Assembly: GCA_009914755.4 (NCBI GenBank)
Contig: CP068257.2
Coordinates: forward strand, 20,384,001-20,448,000
Source: the human T2T-CHM13v2.0 reference genome, Homo sapiens
DNA length: 64,000 bases
Reading direction: 5' to 3'
Below, one piece after another: positions 1 through 13,516 of the stretch. Under the pieces are notes generated by a model. That model made no database searches. It worked only from the letters and a program-made list of their open reading frames with translations, and was not told the DNA's origin. Each line of letters begins with the position of its first letter. Positions within the stretch are counted from its first letter, which is position 1. The position numbers were made by a program, and so were the translations under genes.

Positions 1-1431
1 TGACTTAGGTTCCCACCGTTAGATCTGAAATAGAGAGACGAGCAATTACAGGGCTCTTCAACGATGCAGGCGCTGCCCTCACTATTTCACAAGGCATCGG
101 TCAAGGGTATATCTTCTGGACCCTCCCAGCTGGGACGTGTAGGTCTAAAGTGACTAATCCATTCCACCATCCCAAGCTCCCTAAGCCTTTGGATCCCTTC
201 CTTGACATTAAACCTAGGGAGATCAGGCATTTCCAGCTGACTCACAGTGGGCTATCTTTTAATCCATATTTCAGCTAACCAAGCAAATAAACTGTTAGAA
301 CCTTTTTTAATTCCCTGAGTGCAGCACTAAGACAGAGTCCCTACTTACTGGGCCCAAATCAATAAATTCAGTCTGATTCAACTCTATGTTCTTCCACAAT
401 TATCCCATACTTTTAATATCCATTCCCATGCCTGTTCCTCAGATTTCTGTTTATATAAATTAGAGAACTCAAACAGTTCTTTTTGAGTGTAGTGCACCTC
501 CCATGGGTCACACTCTCAACCTCGCCTCTAGGGGCCCATAGGGACTTTAGTCTAGTTATAGGTCTAGAAGCAAACAGAAGGGTTGGGGTGGCTGCTGAGG
601 AGAACCAACATTATCTTGCCTGGCAACTGCCTCAGGAGAGGCCATCATTGTTGCCTCAAGCAGCGCAGGGTTTATCTCCTCAGACAAAAGTGGAAAGGCT
701 GACGGCAGCATGAGTTGGGGAGGAAATTATGCCACTACTGGGGATGGGGAAGCTGTTCCTTCTGGCAAAAAAGGTTCATCAGAGTTCACAAACTCAGTGT
801 CCCCAGCTTCATCAGGGTCCTCCCACACATCCCCATTCCAACTTGCAGCATCCCATTATTTTCCAATCAATGCCCTCACTTTAACAGTAGACACCTGGCA
901 AGGCTGTGCATGCATCTTTCCTTGCAGGTACACCACTCACTCGTATGATAAGAGCTTGTCTGTTTTTTCACAGTTTCAGCTCTTTCTCTACAGGAGATAA
1001 GACTCTCACTCAGGGCAATCTTAGCAGATTTGAGGCTCAGTGTCTGCTTCTGAAGCTAGAAGACAGAAGCTCTAAGTTCATCATTTTCTTTCATCATTAT
1101 GTCCACTGAACTTAGGAGCAGCCAACCACCTTCATTATTTTCCTTGGATCTCCACATATAGTCAAAGGTATTATGTATAGAGTCACTAAACTTCTTGCCT
1201 CTTAGCCAGTGGTGAATCAGGAGTGTCAAATGCATTTATTTTGCACTACTCTCTTGACAGTTCACGCCAAGGACTATCAGTGTTCTCCATACTGTGAGAA
1301 GTAGAGTCTTTTGCATTTTTGGATCTAATCATATTAAGCAGCCAACTCCAGATAACCCCAAAACCAGTGAAAGAACTCCATCCTTAATATTCTGTTTCTC
1401 TATAACCCTTCCTCGTAACAAAATCTTTATT

Positions 1432-1858
1432 AGTCAGGGTTCTCTAGGACAGAACTAATACAATATATATATAAAGGGGACTTTATTAAGCATTAACTTA
1501 CACAATCACTAGGTCCCACAATAGGCTGTCTGCAAGCTGAGGAGGAGGCAGAGCCAGCCCGAGTCCCAAAACTGAAGAACTTGGAGTCTGATGTTTGAGA
1601 GCAGGAAGCATCTAGCACGGGAGAAAGATGTAGGCTGGGAGGCTAGGCCAGTCTCTCCTTTTCAAGTTTTTCTGCCTGCTTTATATTCGCTGGCAGCTGA
1701 TTAGGTTATGCCCATGAGATTAAGGGTGGATCTTTCTTCCCCAACCCAGTGACTCAAATGTTAATCTCCTTTGGCAACACTCTCACAGACACACCCAGGA
1801 TCAATACTTTGTATCCTTCAATCCAATCAAGTTGACAGTATTAACCATCTCACATATA
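1432..1858 (+). mobile_element. Ancient LTR-like interspersed repeat (begins tagtcagggttctc..., ends ...ttaaccatctcaca; TG...CA termini); likely a MaLR/ERVL-class solo LTR, family not assignable by eye
   Basis: Matches a widespread mammalian repeat whose consensus starts tgtcagggttctccagagaaacagaacc...tatatat and contains ...gattcaaatgttaatctc...cacagacacacccag...caagttgacacataaaattaaccatcaca. About 425 bp. Confidence 0.5.
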
Positions 1859-2163
1859 TATTTTGGAAGCTAATAATTCTCCCAAAGGTATGATTTTCTT
1901 TTATTTAAATTTCTATTTTTCTACTAAAATAACAACATTAACAACAATAAAGATAACACAAAAGCTATAATATATTAAGATACTTCAGAATAAATGCAAA
2001 GTAGACAGATGTTAAACACAAAATTAGTTTATGTTGTGCCAGGCTAGGTTTTTATTAAGACTTTATGTCTACTTTGTATCTATCCTATGAAGCTCTTTTC
2101 TTTTTGTCTTTATTGGTATTTTCATATTTATAGCTTACTTGATTGTTTCATGATCTGGCCTTC

Positions 2164-2164
<1 letters not shown>

Positions 2165-2203
<39 letters not shown>
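2165..2203. repeat. (GT)n dinucleotide microsatellite, about 19 units
   Basis: Uninterrupted gtgtgt... run visible in the sequence. Confidence 0.95.
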
Positions 2204-2205
<2 letters not shown>

Positions 2206-3261
2206 CTTTAGAAGTCTGTTATATCATGGTATGAATTAACTGCCTAATAAATAATCACTATAATTTTTACTCATTTTAGCAAGTATAACTTCGGATTTTT
2301 TAAAATGTATTTTTATAATATATGGCTCACTGAATGATAAAATATCAGAGAAAAATTAGAAATGAAAATACATGAAAATTCCTGAGAGTAGGCACTACTT
2401 TAGGGAATATAAGAGGCATTGTTTCCCTGAATTCAGAATAAGATCATGTCTCTAATGTAGGATAATATGATAGAAAGAAGCAGTGGACTGAATGCAAATG
2501 ACAACGTTTAGTATTCTCTGTGGTAGGAAAAGGGATTAGGGAATATTTCGTTCATCTTAACAATTTTTTTAACTCATTATCTGTACAATAAGAGATTTGA
2601 ACAAGATATTCTCTAGGGTCTATTCTAATTGCAAACTTTTGTAACTTTAATGGAAAACAATTTAAAAATAAATCAAAGTTTGTTTCTAATGAATGCTATT
2701 TCAAGTTTCATTGAATAGTTTAAATGAATAATATCGCATCGGAAGGATCCCAGAAGACCTTAATAACAAAAAATAGTGGTTAGGGGGGAACACCACTGTG
2801 AGAGAGTAGAACATTTTTTTCTTCTCAGTTATTACTAAAAATCTTTAGTTTCTATTTCCCATTTGATCTGATTTTATACAGGTCATTATAAATGTCTCTT
2901 TGCTTCATTGTTTTAATTTCCCCAGTATTATAAAAAAGTAACAAAAAAGTCAATAAATTGGGCAATTCTGTAATATGTATTTTGATAATTCTGAATCTAC
3001 CTGCATGCATAATTGTTTCTGATAATAAATATTGGTTGGTTGAATTGATAAGAATTCCAACAATTAACCTAGAAAGTGTTTAATCTGATTTGACTTGGTG
3101 AGATAGCTTCTTTACAGGTTGTTACAATGGAGAGGGAAATTTCTGGGTAAAAGATTATTAAAAGGAAAACAGGCAAAATCTGTAGCGTTAAATAATTTTG
3201 TTGATGAAAATTTAAAAGTCCCAGAAAATGTGAGGAAAAATCAACCATAAATCACAGAATT

Positions 3262-3296
<35 letters not shown>
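3262..3296. repeat. Compound (AT)n(GT)n microsatellite
   Basis: tatatatatatatatatat immediately followed by gtgtgtgtgtgtgtgt. Confidence 0.95.
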
Positions 3297-3687
3297 TCGC
3301 ACGTATATATAGCCATACTCTAAATCTCTGTTGTGAATTAAGAACTCACGTTTCTTTGAATGCATACATTGTTTCATTATTTGTGCTTAAATAGTGAAAC
3401 ACAGATGGCAGCTGTTTTAATTTTTCCTTTATCAACACCAGATAGATTTGGACTTTTCTTTACTTGTAAGAAAACTCTACATCCTTCTCATTTTTTCTGT
3501 GAATTTCATGAGGTTTATGTTTTCATGTACACTTCAGACCTCATAATTTTACTTTGCAAAATCCTAAATAGTTACTCATGTTATCATATGACTATGACTC
3601 AGACATTGTACTTCTTGGGTTTTTTAAATCCAGAAGGGTAACTGAGACCATTTCTCTGATTTCCACTGAAAACAAGAACACAATAAT

Positions 3688-3765
3688 CCAGAAAGACAGA
3701 AAAAAAGAAAGAAAAGAACAAACGAAAGAAAGAAAGAGAAAAAAAAGAAGGAGGGAAATCAAATC
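3688..3765. repeat. Purine-rich (GAAA)n-like low-complexity tract
   Basis: gaaagaaaagaacaaacgaaagaaagaaagagaaaaaaaagaaggaggg. It generates the K/R/E-rich ORF 3578..3790 and the Leu/Phe-rich ORF 3592..3795. Confidence 0.7.
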
Positions 3766-6700
3766 CAATGAGAAATTTGGGGTTTTATAATTCATAATAG
3801 AAATGAAAAGATCTTCAAAGAGACCTTTTCAAGAACTGTGAAGTGTCTGTGATGTTGCCTTACTTGCAAGCAATTTAGCTTGCCATACAGTTAATTGCAT
3901 GCTGGAAGAAGACAAAATCTTATTGGTTCAGTGAAACAGACTTCATCACTCAGGGCACAGCACACAGCATGAGATTCATGTTTGTTTAGATTCTTCTTGC
4001 CCCACGAGTCTCTCTGTGGCGATATGGAGGGGAGGGCTATTCCAGCTGAATGGTACACATCTAGTGGCTTTAAGCTCCAGCTGAGAAAGCCCAGGCTTAA
4101 GAAACGCCATCTGTAGTAAGTGGGCTGCAAGGAAATCAGCTCAACCTTTCCAACAGATGGAAACTATCTTTCTTAAACTAGACAACAGACAAATCAGTCC
4201 TCTGCTCTGGAATGAGACAATATCTCTCTTTTCCAAGGCATTTGGTTATACAAGTAATCTCAAAAAGATAGTCCAGAACAAAAGTTGTCAACAACTCTGC
4301 TCAAAAGAGATAGAGAAATGAGAGAGAACTATGAACAATAGTTTTCTGATTGTCTCATTGTATGTTAGTTCTATAAAATGGTCTGAGGATGATGCTTTTT
4401 GTTCCTTATCCCTTTCTTTTTCTTTCAGAGTTTGCTTTATTCTATTCTCCAAGTGCCTTTTATTTCTACTGTTAAGCAGATCAACTAATCTTGCTTTCAG
4501 TGGCTTGTATTAAACAATATTCTGAAAAACTTATATTCTACTCCAAGGAATAAATTAATATTTTTAATTAAAATGATTCTTCGGTCTTACAGTGGAATTA
4601 AATTCCTAGTTAACAGGAAATTATTTTTCCATACTACTTCAATAATTATTTGCCAAACCTAGAGATCACACATTTTGTATTTATTTGTTTCATTTCAAGG
4701 AACGACAAATATATCTATACGTGTAATTCTGTTAAGATTACACAACCAAAATAATTTCATATGTAAATTAATGCCAGAGGCCTTCAGATCCAGAAAAAGA
4801 AAAAGATGTTGCTAGCTTCTAATCCCAAGATTCAAGCTAGTGCTTATGTTTCTAAAATTATTTACCTTTACTGGTAGAGTTAATAAATGAAAAAAAATTG
4901 AGGTATTTGTACATTACCTTGGATATTTCAAATATAGAGAGAACATGTCAAAATTGCCTAAATTACAAAGAAGAACTCCCTTGAGCAATTAGAGTGACTG
5001 GCATGAGGAAGTAGACATGAGACATGTATGAAAGAATAAGAAAAAGAGTAAAAAAACTTTAAATATGTAAGTAAAATATCAATGGAACATAATAAGTGAA
5101 ATCAAATGTACACTTGAAAATCTTAATTGAAACAATCTGACACAATGTGGCAAAGCAAAATTTTAATGAAAGTCATATAATATATAAGCACAAATATATG
5201 TATGTTTGTGTGTAAATACAAATAAATCATGTTTATAAATAAAATACAAATAATCATTTGTATTTATAAACAAATCATATATGCATATATCATATAACAT
5301 ATATACATACGCACAGAGAGGGAGAGAGAGAGAGAAATCATAGTATCTGAATTTGGTAGCTGCATTATGAGGAAATAATGATATCTATGAAGATAAAAAT
5401 ATGAAAGAAAAGCAATAAACATGTTATTTTGCTCTCTGTAATTTAAAATATTTAGTAACTGTTTTGAGATAATAAAAAAGAACCATTTTAGTAATAATAT
5501 AAATATTTTAGTTGTCCTCTGATATAATGTCTGGCACCTCCCTACATTTCACGTATTTAAATCATTTAAAGATATAAATATATGTTAAGGTCTAATTATA
5601 TCATAAAAGTCTGAATCACCTTTAAGTAATTTACTATTTCATTCATGTAAGGGATGCATAAATATGCTTGCTGAAAAACCTTTTTAATACGAAATATACT
5701 GACTGGTCATGGGTATAATGGCTACATTCCAATGCTTCTGAATGGCCCTTTGTTTGTTTGTTTAAGATAAATATTATCTATAAACTACTAAAAGCCATAG
5801 GAGAAATGGACTGGCAAGTCTGAATTTCTGTATTCATAATTTGGCCAGGTTAATGGCAAGCTCTATGATCCTGGCCAAGATTGTTCCTCATTATGTTTAT
5901 ACACCTTCATAGTGAGCCTATTGGCGAACATGACGCCTGTGTTATATTTGGGCTTCCAAATTCTATGTTAATGACAGAATCCTGCTCTCTAAAGCAAACC
6001 TTGCTTACAGTCCATTGCAGTCCTGCTTTCATGTGGAGTGTTCACTTCTGCAACATCAAGAGGAAGTCTCCCATTTCTAACTCTTGATTTAACGGATGAG
6101 TCAAATTTGACCAATACAACAAAGCAGACAGGGTTGCAATGTTTTACATGAAAAACATCTGAGCGTGCTATGGTTACAGGCAACAGTTCATTTTGATAAT
6201 TTTTAAAAGGAAAATATAAATAAAGAAATGACAGAGAATAGGATGATTTTACAAAGGTGAATTAACCATGGAATCACAGAAAAAAAGATAACTAAAGTAC
6301 CTAAATATACAATTATTCTGGGTTTCCTGGGAACTTTAACAATTTTGTTTTCAGATCTACTTTATTTCATTTTTTTCCTCATCTGTTTTCCATGTTATTT
6401 TATATTTTGTAGATCCTTTCTGAAGCATCTAAAAACTCTCAAGATTGGGAAATCTAAAAATATCTCTGCAAAATATAAAGTCCTTGTTAAATAAAAAACA
6501 AAAAACTTCAAATATACATTTGAAGGTATAATACTACATAATGCAAATTTGAGGCAACATTATTTATGAACAATGTGATACAAACAAACAAAACAGACAT
6601 TTTAATTCATAATGGCAATAAGACAGTTATCAGGAAAATTAATAAATGACCTACAAATATCAAGTAGTATTTTCCTTAGATTTAAGAGATACATTAAATA

Positions 6701-7391
6701 TTCAACTAACATACACAATTCCAAAGCTATTGCTGAAGAAACTAAGGTAATGGAGAACTGGATGTTATTACTGAAAGATTCAGTATTTGCAATATCTAGC
6801 ATTTTGTTCAGCTTTACTTCCTCTGGTACACTTGAATGTCTAAAATCTACTCCCCTACTTTGAATCAAAGACCTTAAGAAATTTTAAATACAAGAAAACT
6901 GTCCATCAAAACTGCAGTTTTTGAAAAAAAAGTTTTACAAGAAAATCAGTGTTGAAAATTTTACTTAAGACTTTGAAAAATAACTGAATTTCCAATCACA
7001 TAGCAACACTAACAAGATAATTAAAGAAAAAAATGCCAATTGAGTTATAAGAATCACCAAAAATTAAGATCAAAAGAAACTTCCAGAGAGAGTTTTATTT
7101 CATACTATAAATCTCATAAGGGGAAGAATTTTGGCTTATAATTCTTTTTTCATCCTTAGAACCTAGAACTTTGAGGAACATATTAGTAACTAATGATGAC
7201 ATTTTCTTGACTAGTACAATCAAAATGATATTAGCTTCTTTCCCCCAAAAAAGAGCAACCTTGGTCAAATTGGGATATATAACTTTTTGTTTTATTTTTA
7301 GAAAAATATATATTGAAGCATTCTAATTGAGGAAATATATTTATCATATTTTAACTTTCTAAAATATTTTTCTCAAATAATTTTCTCTTAT

Positions 7392-7721
7392 TATTTAGTT
7401 CTTGCTTAAAAGTGAGAACATGTGGTATTCGGTTTTCTGTTCCTGTGTTAGCTTGCTAAGTATAATGACTTCCAGCTCCATGCATGTTCCTGCAAAGAAC
7501 TATTTTTTATGGCTGTATAGTTTTCCATGGTGTGTATGTACCACATTTTCTTTATCCAGTCTATCATTGATGAGCATGTAGGTTGATTCCATATCTTTGC
7601 TATTGTGAACAGTGCTGAAATGAATATATGTGTGCACGTGTCTTTATAATAGAATGATTTATATTCCTTTGGGCATACACCCAGTAATGGGATTGCTGAG
7701 TCAAGGGCTATTTCTGTCTTT
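7392..7721 (-). mobile_element. LINE-1 (older L1PB/L1MA-like), inverted 5' segment of a twin-primed insertion; antisense of the ORF2 C-terminal region
   Basis: Plus strand reads the L1 antisense consensus: ...gagaacatgtggtattcggttttctgttcctgtgttagcttgctaag...tttttatggctgtatagttttccatggtgtgtatgtaccacattttctttatccagtctatcattgatg...acccagtaatgggattgctgagtcaag. Confidence 0.85.
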
Positions 7722-7959
7722 TACACACAGACACGTAGAAGGAAATGACACACACTGAGGCCTTTTGGAGGGTGGAGGGTGGGAGGAAGGAGAAGATCAA
7801 ATAACTAATGGATACTAGACTTTATACCTGGGTGATGAAATAATCTGTACAACAAATCCCCATAACACAAGTTTACCTATGTAACAAACTGCACTTGTAC
7901 CTCTGAACTTAAAATAAAAATTAAAAAATAAAATAACTAACTAAAACAAATGAAAATAG
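7722..7959 (+). mobile_element. LINE-1 (L1PB/L1MA-like) 3' UTR plus A-rich tail; sense segment of the same twin-primed insertion
   Basis: ggagggtggagggtgggaggaaggagaagatcaaataactaatggatactagac...cctgggtgatgaaataatctgtacaacaaatccccataacacaagtttacctatgtaacaaactgcacttgtacctctgaacttaaaataaaaatt, followed by an A-rich tail. A 13-14-bp TSD (aattt(t)ctcttatt) lies at 7378-7391 and 7960-7973. Confidence 0.85.
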
Positions 7960-10735
7960 TAAATTTCTCTTATTTTCCTTACGTAGTTTAAAATAAGGTC
8001 TTTCACTTAAAGATGGTGGATTTAACATGTGTTTTCCTTAATACTTTCTGAATTCCCAACAATAAAAAACACAATAAAAAGACCTGAAAAGGAGGAAAGC
8101 ATGCAGTTTACAAGAACGAACGGAATAGTAGAAAAATGGCAGGTTAAATTTTTTTTCTTGAAAGTTGAAAAGCAAATAAATTTGTGATAATTGACTTAGA
8201 CTGAGAAAGCAGAGATAAAAACCAATAGGAAGCTCAGATGTCATCTATGCGTCTTGCAAAATCTAGAATAGGTTCAGGTTCTTATGACACCAAGTGCCCT
8301 CAAAGTGGCTGCAAGGTTTAATTTAGGAGAATGGTTTGAAAGATACAAATAGGCTTCTAGAAAATTACCCACCAGAGGTAATATGTACTTAAGGAAATCA
8401 GGCACAGCTGAGGTGGGACTAACATATGGAAAATCGAAAGATTAAAAGATAATGTGTTAATTTAATGATGCGGCCGTTGTTCCAGCTCTATTCTCCTACT
8501 TTAAATCTAGCATGCAAAAATTCAAGCTTTCGCCAACAAGTAAGATGAATGATAGTTTTTTAAATGAAGAAAATAATGATACCAAAGAAAAGCATCTAGT
8601 TAATGGCATTTCTTTGTCCTCAAGGGAAAACTCAATAATACCACACCCTAAATTGAGGACCCTTTGATTAGTCTTCCTGTACAAATGCATAGTAGTCTCT
8701 TTCCCTGTCTTACTCTTCAACATAACCTGCCAGCTAAGATGGCCAAAATTAGAGAAAATTATATGCTATGAAAAAGAGTAAAATCAAACTAAATGACAAA
8801 CAAATTGCAGCAGATAGTCCAAACAAGAAGCAGGAAATGTTTTTTAAAACTCAATATTTTCATAGAGATAAAAGAAGATAAAACACCCATATATCTAGGA
8901 CAGTATGCCATTAAAATAAATAAATAAATAAAAACAAAACCAAAATAGTTGATTTAGGTAAAAAAGTAAATATGATATTTGTAGTATTTCCAAAGTAGAT
9001 ATCTGAAACGGTATTTTTCTTTCTTCCTAAAATAGACATTACTACATTCCCCCATAATTCAATACAATCTAGCAAATATGAGTAGAAGTAAGGAGCAGAA
9101 CATACCTAAAACTTAACACATTCTAGCAAAGAAATTCACTCACTATTCTCTTTTAAATTACCCAGCACATAGCAGATTTTTAGTTTGCTTTGAATTGAAA
9201 GAACTGATTTCTCTGAGAAATAGCATAATATGTTTGCTTAGGTGTACCATTCCAACAAATAATTCAAATACTCAAAGTCAGTAGAACCTAAATCAAAAGC
9301 AGAAATATTAATTTCCTTTTAAAATATTTAAATGTTTAAAATGTTACATTACTTTAGGTTTATAATCTGAAAAAAAAAGTATATATTCATAGTACTGCTT
9401 ATGCATATTTAATCACATATTTCTAAAGCAGATAATCTAAACTCAGTATAGTAATCAAATTTTAGAGAAAATCTAAAATTTTAGTATAATATGTACTCTA
9501 AATTTTTTTTTTAATTTTTAACATAATGTGTAGTTTTTTGAAATTAAATTTTGAACCCATGAATTTTGGTTTTATTAAGAGTAAGCCAGAATGCCATGAA
9601 CTCAAAAATGAAAAACATCAAATTAAATAACAATCACAATAATACTCTGGGATTTAAAAATTAACAAAAGATCAAACTGAGGAAATGAATTAGGTATTTA
9701 AGTAGTTTTGTTTGGTTGGAGTTATGAAAGATTACATAAATGAATAGGCAAGTACAAATAGTGTGATTTATTTTGCCACAGAAAATAATGGAAATTCTGA
9801 GTTGTTTATTTAAATTTTGCACTGAAACATAATAAAAGTATAAAGCATAAACTAACTGAAAAGTTTCTAAACTTCTACACTCTAACATTGACATATTTCA
9901 ATTTAGTAAAGACTTTTAGCCACTTTAACAAACAACAAAGCCAGCTGACATTTATGCAAGCAGCTCTTTTCTCTTTCCAGTAACAGCTTAAAATTGTCTT
10001 TTTGGAAAACACCATACAATTTAATTATTATTGAACAGTCAGAAGGATTAGTTAGTAGAGAATATAAATCAGCAGTTTTATTAAAGCATGAAATTAAATA
10101 CCTCATATAGAAGACGAAAGCCTCAAGAGTTTAAAGATGGTGCTATTGACATATCAGTTCATTCTAATATAAGTGATTAGTAGTTGCATTTATATAAATG
10201 GTTGGAAGGGTCCGGTGGTATTAAGTGCACACACCAAATAATTCTATCAAAATTTTTAAATGTCTTAAGCTTATATTCATTTAACAGCTCAATTACATAT
10301 TCTCATTCACATAAAACACCCAGGGCAAATTTTCATAACTGAGGGAAATGAGGAATTGAGATGATTATCCCAATAATTTAGACTCAAAATCACACTAGGG
10401 GTTCCAAGGAACTGGAAAGCGGGAACAATTTATACTTTGAATCAAAGAAGCAATATTCTATGATAGTTTCCTAACTTATGTAACTAACTCTTTTGGCTCA
10501 CATGTTTTTTCAGAAACCTGAGGAGGGGAAAGGAGAAAAGTAATCTTTGGGGCAGGCATGACCAGGTGATGGGCAAATATTAAGTGACCTGAGTATGTCC
10601 TTCATTCCTCTGCTGAACTGAAAACTGTGTTATCCTTTCTATTAAAAATAGTCTAATTACATGCAGCTGAGCAAAACATCAGGTTTTCTACAAAAGATCC
10701 ACAACATAAATTCTAGTAAATTAAGAAAAAAACTT

Positions 10736-11280
<545 letters not shown>

Positions 11281-11297
11281 TTAAAAAGGAAGCATTT

Positions 11298-11619
11298 GGC
11301 TGGGTATATTGGGTGGCTCATGCCTCTAAACCCAGAACTTTAAAAGGAGGCCGAGACGGGCAGATCATGAGGTGAGGAGTTTGAGACCAGCCTGACCAAC
11401 ATGGGGAAATCCCATGTCAATTAAAAATACAAAAAATAGCTGGACGTGGTGGCCTGCGCCTGTGCCTGTAATCCCAGACACTCAGGAGGCAAAGGCAGGA
11501 GAATTGCTTGAACCCAGGAGACGGAGATTGCAGTGAGCCAAGATTGCACCACTGCACTCCAGCCTGGGCAACAGAGCAAGATTCCATCTCAAAAAAAAAA
11601 AAGAAAGAAAAGAAAGAAA
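11298..11619 (+). mobile_element. Alu SINE (diverged, older subfamily)
   Basis: ggctgggtatattgggtggctcatgcctctaaacccagaactttaaaaggaggccgagacggg...cactgcactccagcctgggcaacagagcaagattccatctcaaaaaaaaaaaagaaagaaaag. Confidence 0.9.
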
Positions 11620-11989
11620 TGTTTTACATATTTAGATGATTTGCTGCTAAGACAATGCAAAGCTTTAGTATTATTTGAATAGATTTGCAATAATTGATAT
11701 ATAAAGGTGAGCTCACAGCTCCTCAACTTGACTGACATATTTGAGCATGTTGTTTCAAAACACCTAATGAAATTATTTTTTTTTTTTGGTAGTGGATATA
11801 AGCTTTTTAAAACTTCTTTTTCTTGACAGTTGTGTAAATCTTTTAGATAAGATTTTCAAATACCAAGAGATCACTCAAACTTCAGAGGTAACAATTAAAG
11901 AAGCCTATTAAAACTAGCCTCTATAAACATGTTAAAGGCATTAAGTTCCAATCTATGTCTTCGTAGGACACAAAATAGACAAAGAAAAG

Positions 11990-12225
11990 TGACTATGATG
12001 TAGCCTTTGATCTGAACGTTTGTAACCCCCCCACAAACATCCCCCTGCAAAGTTCATATGTTGAAATCCAAGTCCCTGAATAATGGTGTTTGAAGGTGGG
12101 GCCTTTGGGAGGTAGTTAGGCCACAAGGGTGAAGCCTTCATGAATGGGATTAGTGCCTTAATAAGAAGCCATAGAGCTAGCTCTAGCTCTTTCTGCAAGT
12201 GAAGATGCAATGAAAACTAGTAGTC
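11990..12225 (+). mobile_element. MLT1-type MaLR LTR, 5' part (interrupted by an Alu)
   Basis: ...ttcatatgttgaaatccaagtccctgaataatggtgtttgaaggtggggcctttgggaggtagttaggccacaagggtgaagccttcatgaatgggattagtgccttaataagaag... matches the MLT1 consensus motif cccaatgtgatggtatttggagatggggcctttgggaggtaattagg...atgggattagtgcccttataagaag. Confidence 0.6.
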
Positions 12226-12543
<318 letters not shown>

Positions 12544-12690
12544 CAGCAAACTTGAAAAGGCTCCTCATAAAACCCGGTTAGGATGGTGCTCATCTCCAAT
12601 TTCCATCCTCCAAGACTATGAGAAATAAGTTTCCATTATTGATAAGCCACACAGTCTATAGTACATTTTTATCATTATGGCATTTTAACA
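12544..12690 (+). mobile_element. MLT1-type MaLR LTR, 3' part
   Basis: ...ccatcctccaagactatgagaaataagtttccattattgataagccacacagtctatagtacattttt matches the MLT1 3' end ...cccagcctccagaactgtgagaaataaatgtttgttgtttaagccacccagtctatggtattttgttatagc. Confidence 0.6.
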
Positions 12691-13288
12691 AAATCACATA
12701 TCTCACTTGCATTACTTTAAATATCTTCCTCAAATATTTAAGACAATTATGTGGCTAACTTTGCATTAGACTGGGTTGACAAATTGTTATTCTATTCATA
12801 CACTATATAAACAATGTATAGCATTTCATCTTTATATAAAATTTCACCCAAATTCAAGCTTGTTTTATTTATTTCCTTATTTTTGGCTAATAGTTTCAGG
12901 CAAGGAAATATCATTGGTCAATATTGAACATCAGAAATGTTGAAGTGAGTAAATTTGAAAAATCATAGCTGAAAGCAATCTAGGGAATTAAACATGCTTT
13001 GGACAACACTATTTCTCCATTTTAATTGTCTGAACTTTTTGGATGAGTCTGCTATTGCCAAGCAATTCACATGTTCATGATATAACACGAATAATGTTAA
13101 ATGGCTCACTGCACTCTCATTTAAATGCAGTAGGTTATTTTTCATGATTTTGTTTATTCCTTTATTATGAAGACTGGTAAAACAAAATAAAATTCCAATC
13201 ATTATAGGGGTTTAAAATAAACCAAAGTTCATCATCATAAAATGATAGAATAAACATTTTATCACAAAACTTTCACTTAAGACATAAA

Positions 13289-13516
13289 ATGTCTTCTAGG
13301 GTTTTTATGGTTTTAGGTCTTACGTTTAAATCTTTAATCCATCTTGAGTTAATTTTTGTATAAGGTATAAGGAAGGGGTCCAGTTTCAGTTCTCTGCATA
13401 TGGCTAGCCAGTTTTCCCAACACCATTTATTAAATAGGAAATTTTTTCCCCATTGCTTGTTTTTGTCAAAGATCAGATGGTTGTAGATGTGTGGTGTTAT
13501 TTCTGAGTCTTCTGTT
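13289..13516 (-). mobile_element. LINE-1 ORF2 segment, inverted 5' portion of a twin-primed L1 insertion
   Basis: The minus-strand ORF 13273..13653 contains [77 protein letters not shown], which is L1 ORF2 sense protein. The plus strand therefore reads the L1 antisense (ttttatggttttaggtcttacgtttaaatctttaatccatcttgagttaatttttgtataaggtataagg...tttgtcaaagatcagatggttgtagatgtgtggtgttatttctgag). Confidence 0.9.

Noticed and set aside
483-1109. Four overlapping plus-strand ORFs (67-96 aa) in a moderately GC-rich, non-Alu/non-L1 stretch at the start of the window
   Set aside because: They overlap one another in different frames, which is typical of random ORFs. They show no periodicity or recognisable motifs and no obvious splice-site framing. 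The region may be unique DNA or LTR-retrotransposon internal sequence, which I cannot tell apart by eye. It is not supportable as coding.
6355-6390. Weak MIR-like core motif (tttcctcatctgt…)
   Set aside because: The match is about 13 nt, with no extended similarity to the MIR consensus on either side. It is too short to call.
8466-8476. Isolated CpG-containing motif gcggccgttg (near-NotI site) in AT-rich sequence
   Set aside because: A single occurrence with no surrounding CpG enrichment. It is not a CpG island or a regulatory element on sequence grounds.
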